Positions 45,791-57,300 of a DNA stretch of 64,000 nt are shown one piece after another; position 1 is the first letter of the stretch, and each line of letters opens with the position of its first letter. Below the pieces are notes generated by a model. The model was not told where the DNA came from. It did no database searches and saw only the letters and a list, made by a program, of their open reading frames with translations. The position numbers and the translations under genes were made by a program. Source of the stretch: Squalus acanthias (taxonomy: Eukaryota); the NCBI GenBank assembly GCA_030390025.1, contig CM059432.1, positions 131,938,001-132,002,000 on the forward strand, written 5' to 3'.

Positions 45791-46886
45791 TGGGTTTCCA
45801 TTCACTTCAATTTTGCCTGTACTTTTTTTCCCTCCCTCCCTTCAGCCTTGGCAAAGGCTGCCAATGGGTTGAAGTGCTTTTTAAACCTTTCTAAAGGCTG
45901 TAAGAATTTTCCATTTCCCAACTACTATGCCGGCATTTGTCCTTAAATGCTCAAATGCCTTTAGATTTTGCTCAAATTGCGGTTTTCCAGCTCCCTCCAT
46001 TAGAATTGACCCCCTTGTAAAAGGCCAAAGTTGCACTGGGAGCGGTGAATAATTATTGAATAGAGCTGGTCCAAGAAAACTGTGTGCAGTCATTCAACTA
46101 GATTTGCACGAGAACTTCTTGAATGAACAGTGCCAGGGCTCAAAAATCTACCCTCAGGTCTCTCCTGAATTGGCCTCCAGTGGGTCAACACGGGAGTGGA
46201 GACGGCAAATGCAACATAAACACAGGAGAGCAAAGCACAGAGGCCAGTTTGGCATTGCTCTCTCTAAGTGTTCTAGTTATACCAGGCTGCCTCATTTTCC
46301 AACACATACAGTACTATGCAGTTTCCATTGCCAAATTGTGTTAGATGATTGATGACTATGTATTCTCGGGGTCATTTTATAATATTGCATTCCTGATGCA
46401 GAGCTTTGCTGGAAAGGTGTGTATATCCCGAATTTGGCCACATGCATGCCAATGCTTTTCCATCCAGTAATATGTGTGAGAAAGAGATAGAAAAGAGACA
46501 TCATTGTACTCTATAGAACTATAATACCCAGAATATACTGACAACCAGGCAGAAGATGTACAAATAACATCTTTGAGGTACAGGTGCCAGAATCAAGCAT
46601 CAAGAATGAAAAAATGATTTGATTTCTTTCAACAACAACTTGCATTTATAGAGTAAATAGCAATAGTAGAAAAACATCGAAGTCGAGGCCAGCCATCAAA
46701 TAAAAATTCTGCACTAGTCAGTGCTCCAGCTGGGGCTTAACCAGTGATTTATAAAGGTTTAGCATAACTTCCATGCTTTTGTACTCTATGCCCTTTGGAA
46801 ATCCAAGATGGCTCCTGGGTTGGCAGCTCCTTATTGAGCTGCTCTTCTCTTCAACTATGTCCTTGGTCATCCATTGCCATCCTTTG

Positions 46887-46987
46887 TCCGTTCTTCCCCC
46901 AATCTCCATTCTTCCCCCAATCTCCATTCTTCCCCCAATCTCCGTTCTTCCCCCAATCTCCATTCTTCCCCCAATCTCCTTTCTTCC
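46887..46987. repeat. 18-bp minisatellite (tccRttcttcccccaatc) x about 5.6 in the L2 5' region
   Basis: Directly visible tandem units. Confidence 0.95.
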
Positions 46988-47486
46988 ATTGCTTAAGATA
47001 CCCTGGCTCTGATATTGAAGGTATTTCAGCCCAAACTACAAGTTCAAACTATAAGTTTAAAGCTACCCCTGCAGAGTCCACTGCCCATCCCCAGACCCTG
47101 CTTGTTTTTGTTCTCACTGAGCTCTTGCAACTGCTGGAACTCTGCTGAAACTTGACTTCCATCAGCAAGATTCTTCTGCCAACAGGACTACGCTGCTCTA
47201 CTGACTACACTGTTTGACTCAGCTGCTGTGACTCTGCTCTGCTATTCAGTTGCTTCAAATTTTAAGCTGCTGAATTCTTTTCTCAAATTGGTTTCCGATC
47301 TCCTGGACTTCTCTGGACATCTCTACTACGCTTCTGCACTGGACTACACTGGATTACATTGTAAGACTTACCTGCTGTGTCTCTAACTCTGCTGCTAAAA
47401 GCTTTTTCTTAAATAACTTTTAAACTACGGCTATGTCTCTGCTGAACTGGTTCTACTGGTTTTTCAGCTTTGTTGGCTTCTAGCTA

Positions 47487-47630
47487 TGATGTGGAGATGC
47501 CGGCGTTGGACTGGGGTGGACAAAAATGAGAAGTCGCACAACACCAGGTTATAGTCCAACAGATTTATTTAATTTTACAAGCTTTCGAAGCAATTCGCTC
47601 CTTCGTCAGGTAAGTTAGCAATGAGAGAAT
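47487..47630 (-). mobile_element. Penelope-like pLTR fragment (144 bp)
   Basis: Matches the 3' end of 53778-54385; 10-bp TSD CTTCTAGCTA (47477-47486, 47631-47640). Confidence 0.85.
47575..47613 (-). ncRNA. minimal type I hammerhead ribozyme, core intact
   Basis: UUAC-CUGACGA-A-GGAGC(gaauu)GCUUC-GAAA-GCUU-GUAA. Confidence 0.8.
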
Positions 47631-48389
47631 CTTCTAGCTAGCAGCTGCTGCTTCACTTGCTGTCCAGTGACTCATTCTACTGGTTTTTCAGCTTTGCTGA
47701 CCGCTGGCTTGTGGTCTTACATTTCTCTTTGATCTACGGTGACCTCCAACTTGCGTCAATTTCGCCATCATCTTTCTGCACCGCTACCGACTCATTCCTA
47801 CGGCAACAATCTCCATCCCCGAACACTCTACCCTTCAAATAGCTTCTGGACTTCGCTCGCCTGCTACACCTGTCTCTGAATTTGGACAGCGGTTCGTCGA
47901 TGCTCTGTGCCGGCCCCATCCTGCTTACGTCGGCTTTGTCCCTCCATGGGACCTCTGACTTTGACCCTGGTCTCCCTACTATTGTCTCCAACCTACTCCC
48001 TGCTACTGCCAGGAAATATGTATCCCATTAATTACTACATAACCAGGCCTATGTAACCTGAGCTTTTCCCTGTGTATTTCTTGTGCGCACTTTTGCTGCC
48101 GCTCCGGACCCGAGCCATTCATTTCTTTTTCCACTTTTTTCTCCTCCCTTTTCTTTTCTCTCCATTCCTCCCTGACTGCTGCCTCCTGTCGTCATGCCTC
48201 CTTTCATCTCTCCTCTCTCAGATACTCTGCCCTCCCAATTCCCTACCCCAATCCTTCATTACTCTTCGACCTTCCTACTCTCCTGCTGCCATCCCAGGCT
48301 TGACCCTTCTTAGATAAGCCTACAGCTTCCCTCTGTGCCTCTCTTGGCATCCAACGAAGGGCCCAATTGAGGCACTCGTCGCTGCCACC

Positions 48390-50032
48390 TGTAGAATTCG
48401 CAATATAATCGCGATTTTATAAATAAGGAGAAAACACATAGTTTCGTTCAAACAGTTTATTTCAGCAGAATGCTGTCAGGTTTTCAAAGTAGACACAAGC
48501 AGCCTGTAAAATGGCCGCCATGCCTCGTGGCAGAACATTCTAGACTTTTCGATAAGCAGACAAGATGGCGTTCCAATAAACATTTGTGCGAGATCGGACA
48601 AGACTCAGCACATTTGAGATAAATCACAAGACATAATGGGTTTGCATTTTACACATAAATACTGGAATCGGTCTCCCAGGTGCGAATAAGGGCTATTGTA
48701 CCAAGCGATCAAGAACCCATCCAAAGACATTAACATGCAAAATCCCCACGACTCTACGATGAGAGAGCCGTTTACGGGTAGTTACAGAAACATTTGGAAG
48801 CCCCAAAACCCCTCCAGGGAGAATACTGACCGGTTACACAATGGGAAAAGTATTAACAGGTACTCAGGCAGTTACGAGTATCACCGAAACCCATTAAACG
48901 GAGATCACCCTATACAAGAAGTTTGGGCACCAAAACCCTGACAAAAGAAAAGACATTAAGATTGGGCGGGAAGAGGGGAATTTCAGCACTATAACTGTAA
49001 GCTCCAACCGTCCATCTTTCTCTTATCCTCTTGCCTCTCCGCCTGCGACGCTGTCTCTTGACTCCTTGCTGCTCGACTTGCTAGAAGACTATCGAACTTT
49101 CTGATCCGCCAGGATCAGCCTCGTGGCTTGCCGCGAAGATCTGTGTGGAACCGGGCTGTGAAGCCTTGAAACGGGCACACCATCCCGAGAAGTCGGTAAA
49201 CGGTGTTGGAACCGAAGGCCTGAGATGAGATGAGATGAGATGAGATGAGAAGAGAAGAGAAGAAGACGACCATACGTATCGCCACGGTCAGTAAGCCCCG
49301 ACCGCGCTCGATAAATCAGTAACTGCTTCCCAACTGGCATCGGAAGACCATTCTTCGAGTTTTATCGCATCGGGGCGAGGGCACAGGAAGACTATTTTTT
49401 GAGTCGTGTCAAAACTCCGAGGACAACACAGATCTTCATGACAGCAGACAGTCCAGCCTGCTAGCCGGAGCAGAAACGAGTAAACAAGTGGGGTACAGAG
49501 ACCCCTGATCAACACGTGGGTGATCAGGTGCTGCGGTAAAAACATCCGAGCAGAGTTTTCGGAATTCTCCGGGTTATCACGAGTGGTGAGCATGAGTCTC
49601 GATCCTACAAATCTAGTTTAGAGCAGGTATTGATAGGGGAGGGTTTAAGTTTTAAGGATAACTGTAATGTGTGCCCCCATTTACGATGTGTCGTTCGTTC
49701 CTCGTTTCCCTAAAATTAGTTACATAACTGCGTGTAAGATTGTACTGTCATTAATCTGTGCTTATGACATGTATTTCGTAATCTTGAATAATATGCAATA
49801 AAGATTTTCCATTTCGTACCATTCAACCAGGTCTACCTGAGTTTTCTCTCCATTATTGCTCTCGCATCTAAGTCCAGTGTCAGAACCGTAAGGGCGAGTG
49901 GGTCGAACCACTCACAGGTGTCTAGTGCTCCCAGACTGGCTGGAGACCAGAACAGGCAACAAGGCCTAACCTCGCACTAGCACCCAGGCTGAGCACAGAG
50001 CCACAGGCGGCGTGCCACACAAAACCCTTACA
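48390..50032 (+). mobile_element. solo LTR (1643 bp) inside the L2
   Basis: TG...CA termini, 4-bp TSD CACC, TATA-like at ~48990, AATAAA at ~49797, internal (TGAGA)n. Confidence 0.85.
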
Positions 50033-50526
50033 CACCTTACAAGCAGCAACCCCATCTGTTCCATCCTACTCTCTCACCGACCTTCTTGTCCAGCATGCCC
50101 ACTGGGGGCTAATCTTGCCAATCTCCTCCCCGCCTAACTCACCCCTCCCAGCACTGACCCTGTGGACGCTGGCAGTGGGTCAGTCATCACCGACCCTCTC
50201 CGCATCTCCCTCCAGAATGTCCGTTCACTTGCGAACAAGGCCCTTGCCATCCATAAACTTATCGTGGATGATTGCATCAACATCATGGCCTTGACGGAAA
50301 CTTGGCTGAGGGGTAATTACACCTTGCCCTTACCTTCTCCACCTGGCTATACCTTCCACCACTTGCCCCGCTCAGACCGCCGTGGCGGCAGTGTGGCTCT
50401 CATCACCAAATCACACCTTGGTCTGTCCCCCTACTCCTCCAGTACTTTCTCCTCCTTTGAGCATCTCACCTTGTTCCGAGCATCTCACCTTGTTCCACCC
50501 CTCTCACCTCTCATTTAAAATTCTTG

Positions 50527-51166
50527 GGGGGAAGAATTGGGTTGCTTTGCGCCTCCCGTTAGCGCCCGGGCGCGGCACCGCCCACGCCTCCCATGAAATT
50601 CAGCGGGAGGTTAGCGGCGCCGCTAACCGGTAACGCCCCGCGGTGCTGCGCCACCAGCGATGACATCACCACCATGCGCAGCGCCCCGGCCGCGATCTTT
50701 GGGAGCACCCCCTGACTTACCGCCGGACGCTATGTCCGACGGGGTCAGGGGGGCCTGCCTGCGACTGGGGAGGCGCTATTTAAAGGCGAGGTGCAGGGCG
50801 GCCATTTTTGTTGCTGGCCACCAGCCAGCACCTACCTGCGCTCCCGGCCTCCTGAATGGTCCCCCCCCCCACGGAGTGCCGGCTGCGCGCCAAGAGCCCG
50901 GCACTTCTCTTGAGTACTGGGCTCATTTGCCGGCACTCCCGATCCCCGGGGGTGCAGCTGGGCCCTGGGTCATGCTGCGCAAGGCCCCTCCCCTTTAAGT
51001 AGGGGAGGAAGGCCTGCAGTAGCGCTGCGATATCTACTCGCAGCGCCCCAAGAGGGATGCGGGGCACTTCCAGCGCAACCACTCAATTTCCGGCGCGGGG
51101 GCGCTAATTTTTCTGGGGCGCTAAATGTAGTGCCCCGGGTTTGGGGCGCTACTCAATTTTTAGCTC
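50527..51166. mobile_element. GC-rich PIF/Harbinger MITE inside the L2 endonuclease region
   Basis: TSD TTG; L2 reads through aaaattcttg|ttctctaccgc once the element is removed. Confidence 0.82.
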
Positions 51167-51456
51167 TTGTTCTCTACCGCCCACCCAAGTACCATAAAAA
51201 TGTTATAACCGAGATATCTTCACTGCTTTCCTCCCTCAGCCTCTGCACCGAGCGACTTCTCATCCTCAGTGATTTCAACCGCTATCTCAATTCATCATGC
51301 TCTGTCTCCTGAGTTCACTAGCCTCCTATCCTCCCTTAATCCCTCCCTCCATGTAAACTCCCCAACCCATATTCACGGCCACCCCCTCGACCTTGCCATC
51401 TCTCGTGGCCTCGCTACTTCCACCGTATCAATCGCAGATAAGGCCATTGAATCATA

Positions 51457-52348
51457 GGGGGAAAAATTCAGTATCGCCCCGTTTGGGGCGCAATTATCGG
51501 CCGGGCGCAAAGATTAGCGCCTGCTGCTAATTATCGCCTCCGACTGCAAACTTGACTTTTATCGCCCCTGGAGATGATTGGAGCGCTAAATCAGGCGCTA
51601 CACATCTGTCTTAAGGCACAAAGGCCGCGGAGCAAGGCGCTACCTCAGAGCGCTGGTGATGCTCATTTGATGTCAGTCAGCAATGGAACACAGACACAAT
51701 GGCCCCAGCCAGTTCTTAAAGGGGAGGGTTGATCTTGCTTTCCATCCACATCCTGCTCATTGCAGCCTTGAATCTCGCCTGGAGAGACCTGTACATCAAA
51801 TCTGCTGGAAAGAATAATGGAGAGGCCCAGGGAAAGAGCTCAGAGTGCAGCCCCAACAGTCTCTTCTAAATCGATACAAGGAAGGTCAAATCAAAATGAA
51901 CCTGCAAAGTGCTGCTCAGTACCCAAAACTCCTTCACACAGCGTTGAATCTCTCCAGAAGTCTCTCTCTCTCTCTCTCAGAATGTGTGGTTCAAAAATGT
52001 AGCCAACAAAAAAAGGCAGGAAGCGGTCGCCTTTAAATAGCGCTCCCCCAGTCCCTTCCCAACTGCAAAACGCTCCCCTCAACCTGTCGTTGCTAGCGGC
52101 AGGCGGTAAGGCAGGGGGCGCCACTCAATATCCTCTCCGGGGCGTTACCGGGGCGTTGCGCACTCGACTGACGTCACGATCTGCCGGCGCAGGAGATCGT
52201 GGCGGTACTGTTTAGCGCCGCCGCAAAATGTCTAGTTAATTTCGCGAGCGGCGCAAACATCGCCGCGCCTGGGCGCTAATTGCTTTGCGCCCCATTAGCG
52301 CCCTCTTAAGGCGCTAACAGGAGGCACAACCAACTGAATTTTTCCTCC
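51457..52348. mobile_element. PIF/Harbinger element (892 bp) in the CR1 microsatellite tail
   Basis: TIR gggggaaaaattcagt/actgaatttttcctcc; TSD ATA. Confidence 0.88.
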
Positions 52349-53777
52349 ATAGAATCATAGAAATTTACAGCACAGAAGGAGGGCATTCGACCCAACATAT
52401 CCGTGCCAGTTGGAAAAGAGCTATCCAGCCTAATCCCACCTCCAGCTCTTGGTCCGTAGCCCTGTAGGTTACGGTTCTTCAAGTGCACATCCAAGTACTT
52501 TTTAAATGTGGTGAGGGTTTCTGCCTCTTTCACCCTTTCAGGCAGTGAGTTCCAGACCTCTACCACCCTCTGGGTGAAAATTGTTTTTCTCATCTCCCCT
52601 CTAATCCTTCTATCAATTACTTTAAATCTATGCCCCCTGGTTATTGACCCTTCTGCTAAGGGAAATAGGTCCTTCCTATCCACTCTATCTAAGTCCCTCA
52701 TAATTTTATACATCTCAATTAGGTCTCTCCTCAGCCTCCTTTGTTCCAAGGAAAACAACCCCAGCCTATCCAATCTTTCCTCATAGCTAAAGTTTTTCAG
52801 TCCTGGCAACATCCTCGTAAATCTCGTCTGCACCCTCTCCAGTGCAATCACATCCTTCCTGTAATGTGGTGACCAGAGCTGCATGCAGTACTCAAGCTGT
52901 AGCCTAACCAGTGTTGTATGCAGTTCTAGCATAACTTCCCAGCTCTTATATTCTATGCCTCAGCTAATAAAGGAAAGCATTCTGTACGTCTTTTTAACTA
53001 CTTTATCGACCTGTCCTACTACCTTTAAGGATCTGTGGACATACACTCCAAGGTCCCTCTGTTCCTCCACACCTCTCAGTATCCTCCCATTAATTGTGTA
53101 TTCCCTTGCCTTGTTGCCCCACCCCAAATGCATTACCTCACACTTTTCCAGATTGAATTCCATTTGTCACTTTTCTGCCCAACTGACCAGTTCATTGATA
53201 TCTTCCTGCAGTCTAAAGATCTCCTCCTCACTGTCAACCACACGGCCAATTTTTGTATCATCTGCAAATTTCTTTATCATGCCCCCTACATTTAAGTCTA
53301 AATCATTAATATATACCACAAAAAGTAAGGGACCGAGTACTGAGCCCTGTGGAACCCCCCAGTCGCAAAAATTCCCCTCAACCATTACCCTTTGTTTCCT
53401 GCCACTGAGCCAATTTTGGATCCAATTTGCCACTTTCCCTTGGATCCCATGGGCTTTTACTTTTTTGATCAGCCTGCCATGTGGGACTTTGTCAAAAGCC
53501 TTGCTAAAATCCATGTAGACTACATCAAATGCACTGCCCTCATCGACCTTCCTTGTTGCCTCCTCAAAGAATTCAATCAAGTTAGTCGGACACGACCTTC
53601 CCTTAACAAAACCATGTTGACTGTCCTTGATTAATCTGTGTCTTTGTAAATGAAGGTTGATACTGTCCCTCTGAATTGATTCCAGTAATTTGCCCACCAC
53701 CGAGGTTAAACTAACTGGCCTGTAATTGCTCGGTTTATCCCTCCCTTTTTAAACAATGGTACAACGTTAGCAGTTCT

Positions 53778-54385
53778 GTAATCAGTCAAGGACATTCAGC
53801 CTCGGATCTGCGGGTAAGCGTTCTCCAAGGCGGCCTTAGGAAAACACGACAACGCAAAATCATCGAGCAGAAACTGATAGCCAAGTTCCGCACTCATGAA
53901 GACGGGCTCAACCGGGATCTTGGGTTTATGTCACGATACATGACGTGATCCGGACTCGAGTCGTCGTTGGCTTGTTCACAGATGTGATTCCCAGTAAAAA
54001 AGTAAAAATTTTAAAGTTAATCGTTTTACATACAGACGGCAGCTTTTGACACATTAGACCCCATGCGACTCCACCTCATTGTCTCAGTTGTATCTTGCTA
54101 TGTCTTTGATGTGGTACCTTCCTGGCTGACGTGATTAACTTTATCACACCTCGGCAGATAAACAGTCAGGATGATTGAATTTAAGTGTCTGCAATTGTAA
54201 GTTACACATGCATTGTTCTCTATCTATATATGCTTTGACGATTCTGTATCTCCTCACTTCACCCGACGAAGGAGTTGTAACTCCGAAAGCTTGTGATTTA
54301 AAATAAAACTGTTGGACTATAACCTGGTGTTGTGCGACCTCTCAATTTTGTCCACCCCAGTCCAACACCGGCATCTCCGCATCAT
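53778..54385 (+). mobile_element. Penelope-like element 3' fragment: GIY-YIG C-terminus and pLTR
   Basis: Reads GHSASDLRVSVLQGGL..RKIIEQKLIAKFRTHEDGLNRDLGFMSRYMT*; hammerhead motif and AATAAA downstream. Confidence 0.88.
54259..54296 (+). ncRNA. minimal hammerhead ribozyme with a core mutation (CCGACGA)
   Basis: UCAC-CCGACGA-A-GGAGU(ugua)ACUCC-GAAA-GCUU-GUGA. Confidence 0.7.
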
Positions 54386-57300
54386 GACCACTCCTGTAGC
54401 CAGGGAGGATTGAAAAATGATGATCAGAGCCGCCGCAATTTCCTTCCTTGCTTCTTTTAATAGCCTCGGATATATTTCATCTCTGACCACTTCCTCGTAT
54501 CGCTCTCCACTCACATCCCCCTTCACCACCCCCCCCCCCCACCCCACTCCCCGCCAACCTTACTTCCTTCTCTGTGCACCCCTAGAAAAAAATCTCTCCC
54601 AACTCTCTTACAACTGCACTTACGAGATCCCAACTGTCCAGCTTTTGGCCCTCCATTCACCATGACATTTCAGCAGCTACCGATCTAATCAACCACACCC
54701 TCACCACCACCTCTGATGCCCTAGTCCCTATTAAAACAATTACTCTCTCTCACCCTGGCTGTTCCTCCTGGTATAACTCTCATCTTCGCTTCCTTAAGTC
54801 CAAGGGATGCAGACTTGCATGGATATGGTGGACAACAGGTTTAGCCATTCACCGCCAGATCTAGCTGGACCACATAAAGCATTATTGGGTCCTGCTCTCA
54901 TCTGCCAAAATTGCTCACTATTCCAGAATCATTCTGGAATGCAAAGATTAACCCTGGCTCCTATTCTCCACTGCTAACCGTCTTCTTAAACACCTCTCTC
55001 CTGTCTCCTCCACCCTCACCTCCGACAACAAATGTGAGGAGCTCGTGGACTTCTTTATCTCTAAGATTGAGACCATCCGTTCAGCTGCCTCAGCCACTTC
55101 CCTTCCTTTCCCTAGCCCACCAGGCCAAACATCCTCTAAGGTTCCTTCCTGTCCTAGCCCTGAACTCACATCTTCAGTTTCTCTCCGATCTCCCCTCATG
55201 ACCTCTCCGCGCTCATCTTGTCCATGAGAGCCACTTCTTGCTCCTTCGACCCTATTCCCACCAAACAGCTGACCACCCAACTTCCTTTTCTGGCTCCCAT
55301 GTTAGCTGACATTGTTAACGGTTCTCTCTCCTCAGGTACTGTCCCCCTCTCCCTCAAATCTGCCGTCATCACCCCTCTCCTTAAAAAAACAACCCTTGAC
55401 CCCTCCGTCCTTGCAAACTAGTGCTACATCTCCAACCTCCCTTTCCTCTCCAAAGTTCTTGAACATGTTGTCACCTTCCAAATCCGTGCCCATCTTTCTC
55501 GCAACTCCATGTTTGAATCCCTCCAATCAGGTTTCTGCCCCTGCCACAGTACCGAAATGGCTCGCAAAGTCACAAATGACATCCTTTGTGACTGTGACAA
55601 AAGTAAACTATCCCTCCTCGTCCTACTTGACTTGTCTGCAGCCTTTGACACGGTTGACCACTCCATCCTTCTCCAACACCTCTCCACCGGGGTGGGACTG
55701 CACTCGCCTGGTTCCATTCTTATCTATCTAATCATAGCCAGAGAATCACCTGCAATGGCTTCTCTTCCCGCTCCCGCATCTTTACCTCTGGTGTCCCCCT
55801 AGGATCTATCCTTGGCCCCCTCCTATTTCTCATCTACATGCTGCCCCTTGGCAACATCATCCGAAAACACAGCATCAGTTTCCATGTGTACACTGACGAC
55901 ACCCAGCTCTACCTCACTACCTCTTCTCTCGACCCCTCCATGGTCCCTAAATTGTCAGACTGCTTGTCTGACATTCAGTTCTGGATGAGCAGATATTTTC
56001 TCCTATTAAATATTAGGAATACCGAAGCCATTGTTTTCGGTCCTCACCACAAACTCCGTTCCCTAGCCACTGACTCCATCCCTCTCCCTAACATCTGTCT
56101 GAGGCTGAACCACATTGTTTGCAACCTTGGTGTTATACTTGACCCTGAAACGAGCTTCCGACCACATATCCGCGGCATAACTAAGACCGCCTATTTCCAC
56201 CTCCGTAACATCGCCCATCTCCACCCTTGCCTCAGCTCATCCGCTGCTGAAATCCTCTTCCACGCCTATGTTACCTCTAGACTTGACTATTCCAATACAC
56301 TCCTGGCTGGCCTCCCATGTTCTACCCTATGTAAAAACTTGAGGTCATCCAAAACTTGGCTGTCCGTGTCCAAATTCGCACCAAGTCCCGCTCACACATC
56401 ACCCCTATGCTCGCTGACCTACATTGGCTCCCGGTTAAACAAAGCCTCGATTTCAAAATTCTCATCCTTGTTTTCAAATCCCTCCATGGCTTCGTCCCTC
56501 CCTGTCTCTGTAATCTCCTCCAGCCCCACAACCCACGCCCCTACCCCCACCCCCCGCCCCCCTGAGATATCTGCACTCCTCCAATTCTGCCCCCTTGAGC
56601 ATCCCTGATTATAATCGCTCAACCATTGGTGGCCGTGTTCCCTGTATAATACTCAGGGGATGTTTTACTATGTTCAAGGTGCTATATAAATATAAGTTGT
56701 TGTTGTTATGCCTCTGTTAATAAAGCCCAGGATCCCGTATGCCTTTTTAACAGCCTTCTCAACTTGTCCTGCCACCTTCAAAGATTTGTGTGCATACACC
56801 TCCAGGTCTCTATGTTCCTGCACCCCCTTTAAAATTGTACCAAATAGTATTATAAATATTAGATTTGTTTGGCCAATAACCTTCAGTATTAATAAGTTGT
56901 ATAAGGGGCCATTCCGTAAACTGAGGTTCCCAGCAGGGAGCAACCCTCACGGGTATACGTACTGGAAATTCATTCATTTTCATGGATACAAAATTATGAG
57001 CTGTGTGCCTGTGACTTTCTGTGCTACACTCCCCGTGAGCATCAGATCGTGGTATCACCCCTGTAATACCTTGAGTCAGGTACCTGATGTATTTCAGCAT
57101 ATGTGCAAATCACTGTTATGTTTGAGCTGAAGTGGGACCACAGTAAACATCAGAAACCTCAGTCTGAGGCCCAAACTATCCATGAGCAATTCTACAAGAG
57201 ATTTACGACTGTATATTTACTTTTTTTTTGGAACTGGATGCTAGAATGAAAGGGACCTTCAGTATAATGTTCATTTTAAGATATCCACGCTGCCCCGCAG

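Larger units (their letters stand above)
51449..54480 (-). mobile_element. CR1 LINE inserted in the L2, itself carrying a MITE and a Penelope fragment
   Basis: ORFs 52306..52932 and 53167..53700 (RT); L2 resumes gataaggccat|ctctgaccac across the insertion. Confidence 0.9.
46793..56706 (+). mobile_element. apparently full-length L2-clade LINE (about 4.4 kb after removing nested insertions), decayed
   Basis: TSD TATGCC (46787-46792, 56707-56712); APE (LQNVRSL, LTETWL, SDH), RT (QSGF, LDLSAAFDTVDH, YTDDTQLY), LHWLPV; (GTT)n tail. Confidence 0.9.
46718..56845 (-). mobile_element. CR1 fragment (46718-46792 plus 56707-56845) split by the L2 insertion
   Basis: The two halves join into contiguous CR1 sequence ...gtactctatgcc|tctgttaataaagcccagg. 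Confidence 0.85.

Noticed and set aside
46887..46987. 18-bp repeat as a CRISPR-like array or repeat protein (ORFs 46718, 46773, 46795)
   Set aside because: Units are head-to-tail with no spacers; the ORFs arise because 18 is a multiple of 3 and the unit lacks stops.
52883..53518. Long ORFs antisense to CR1 RT (also 14013, 24364, 62127)
   Set aside because: Shadow frames of LINE ORF2, with no independent evidence of coding.
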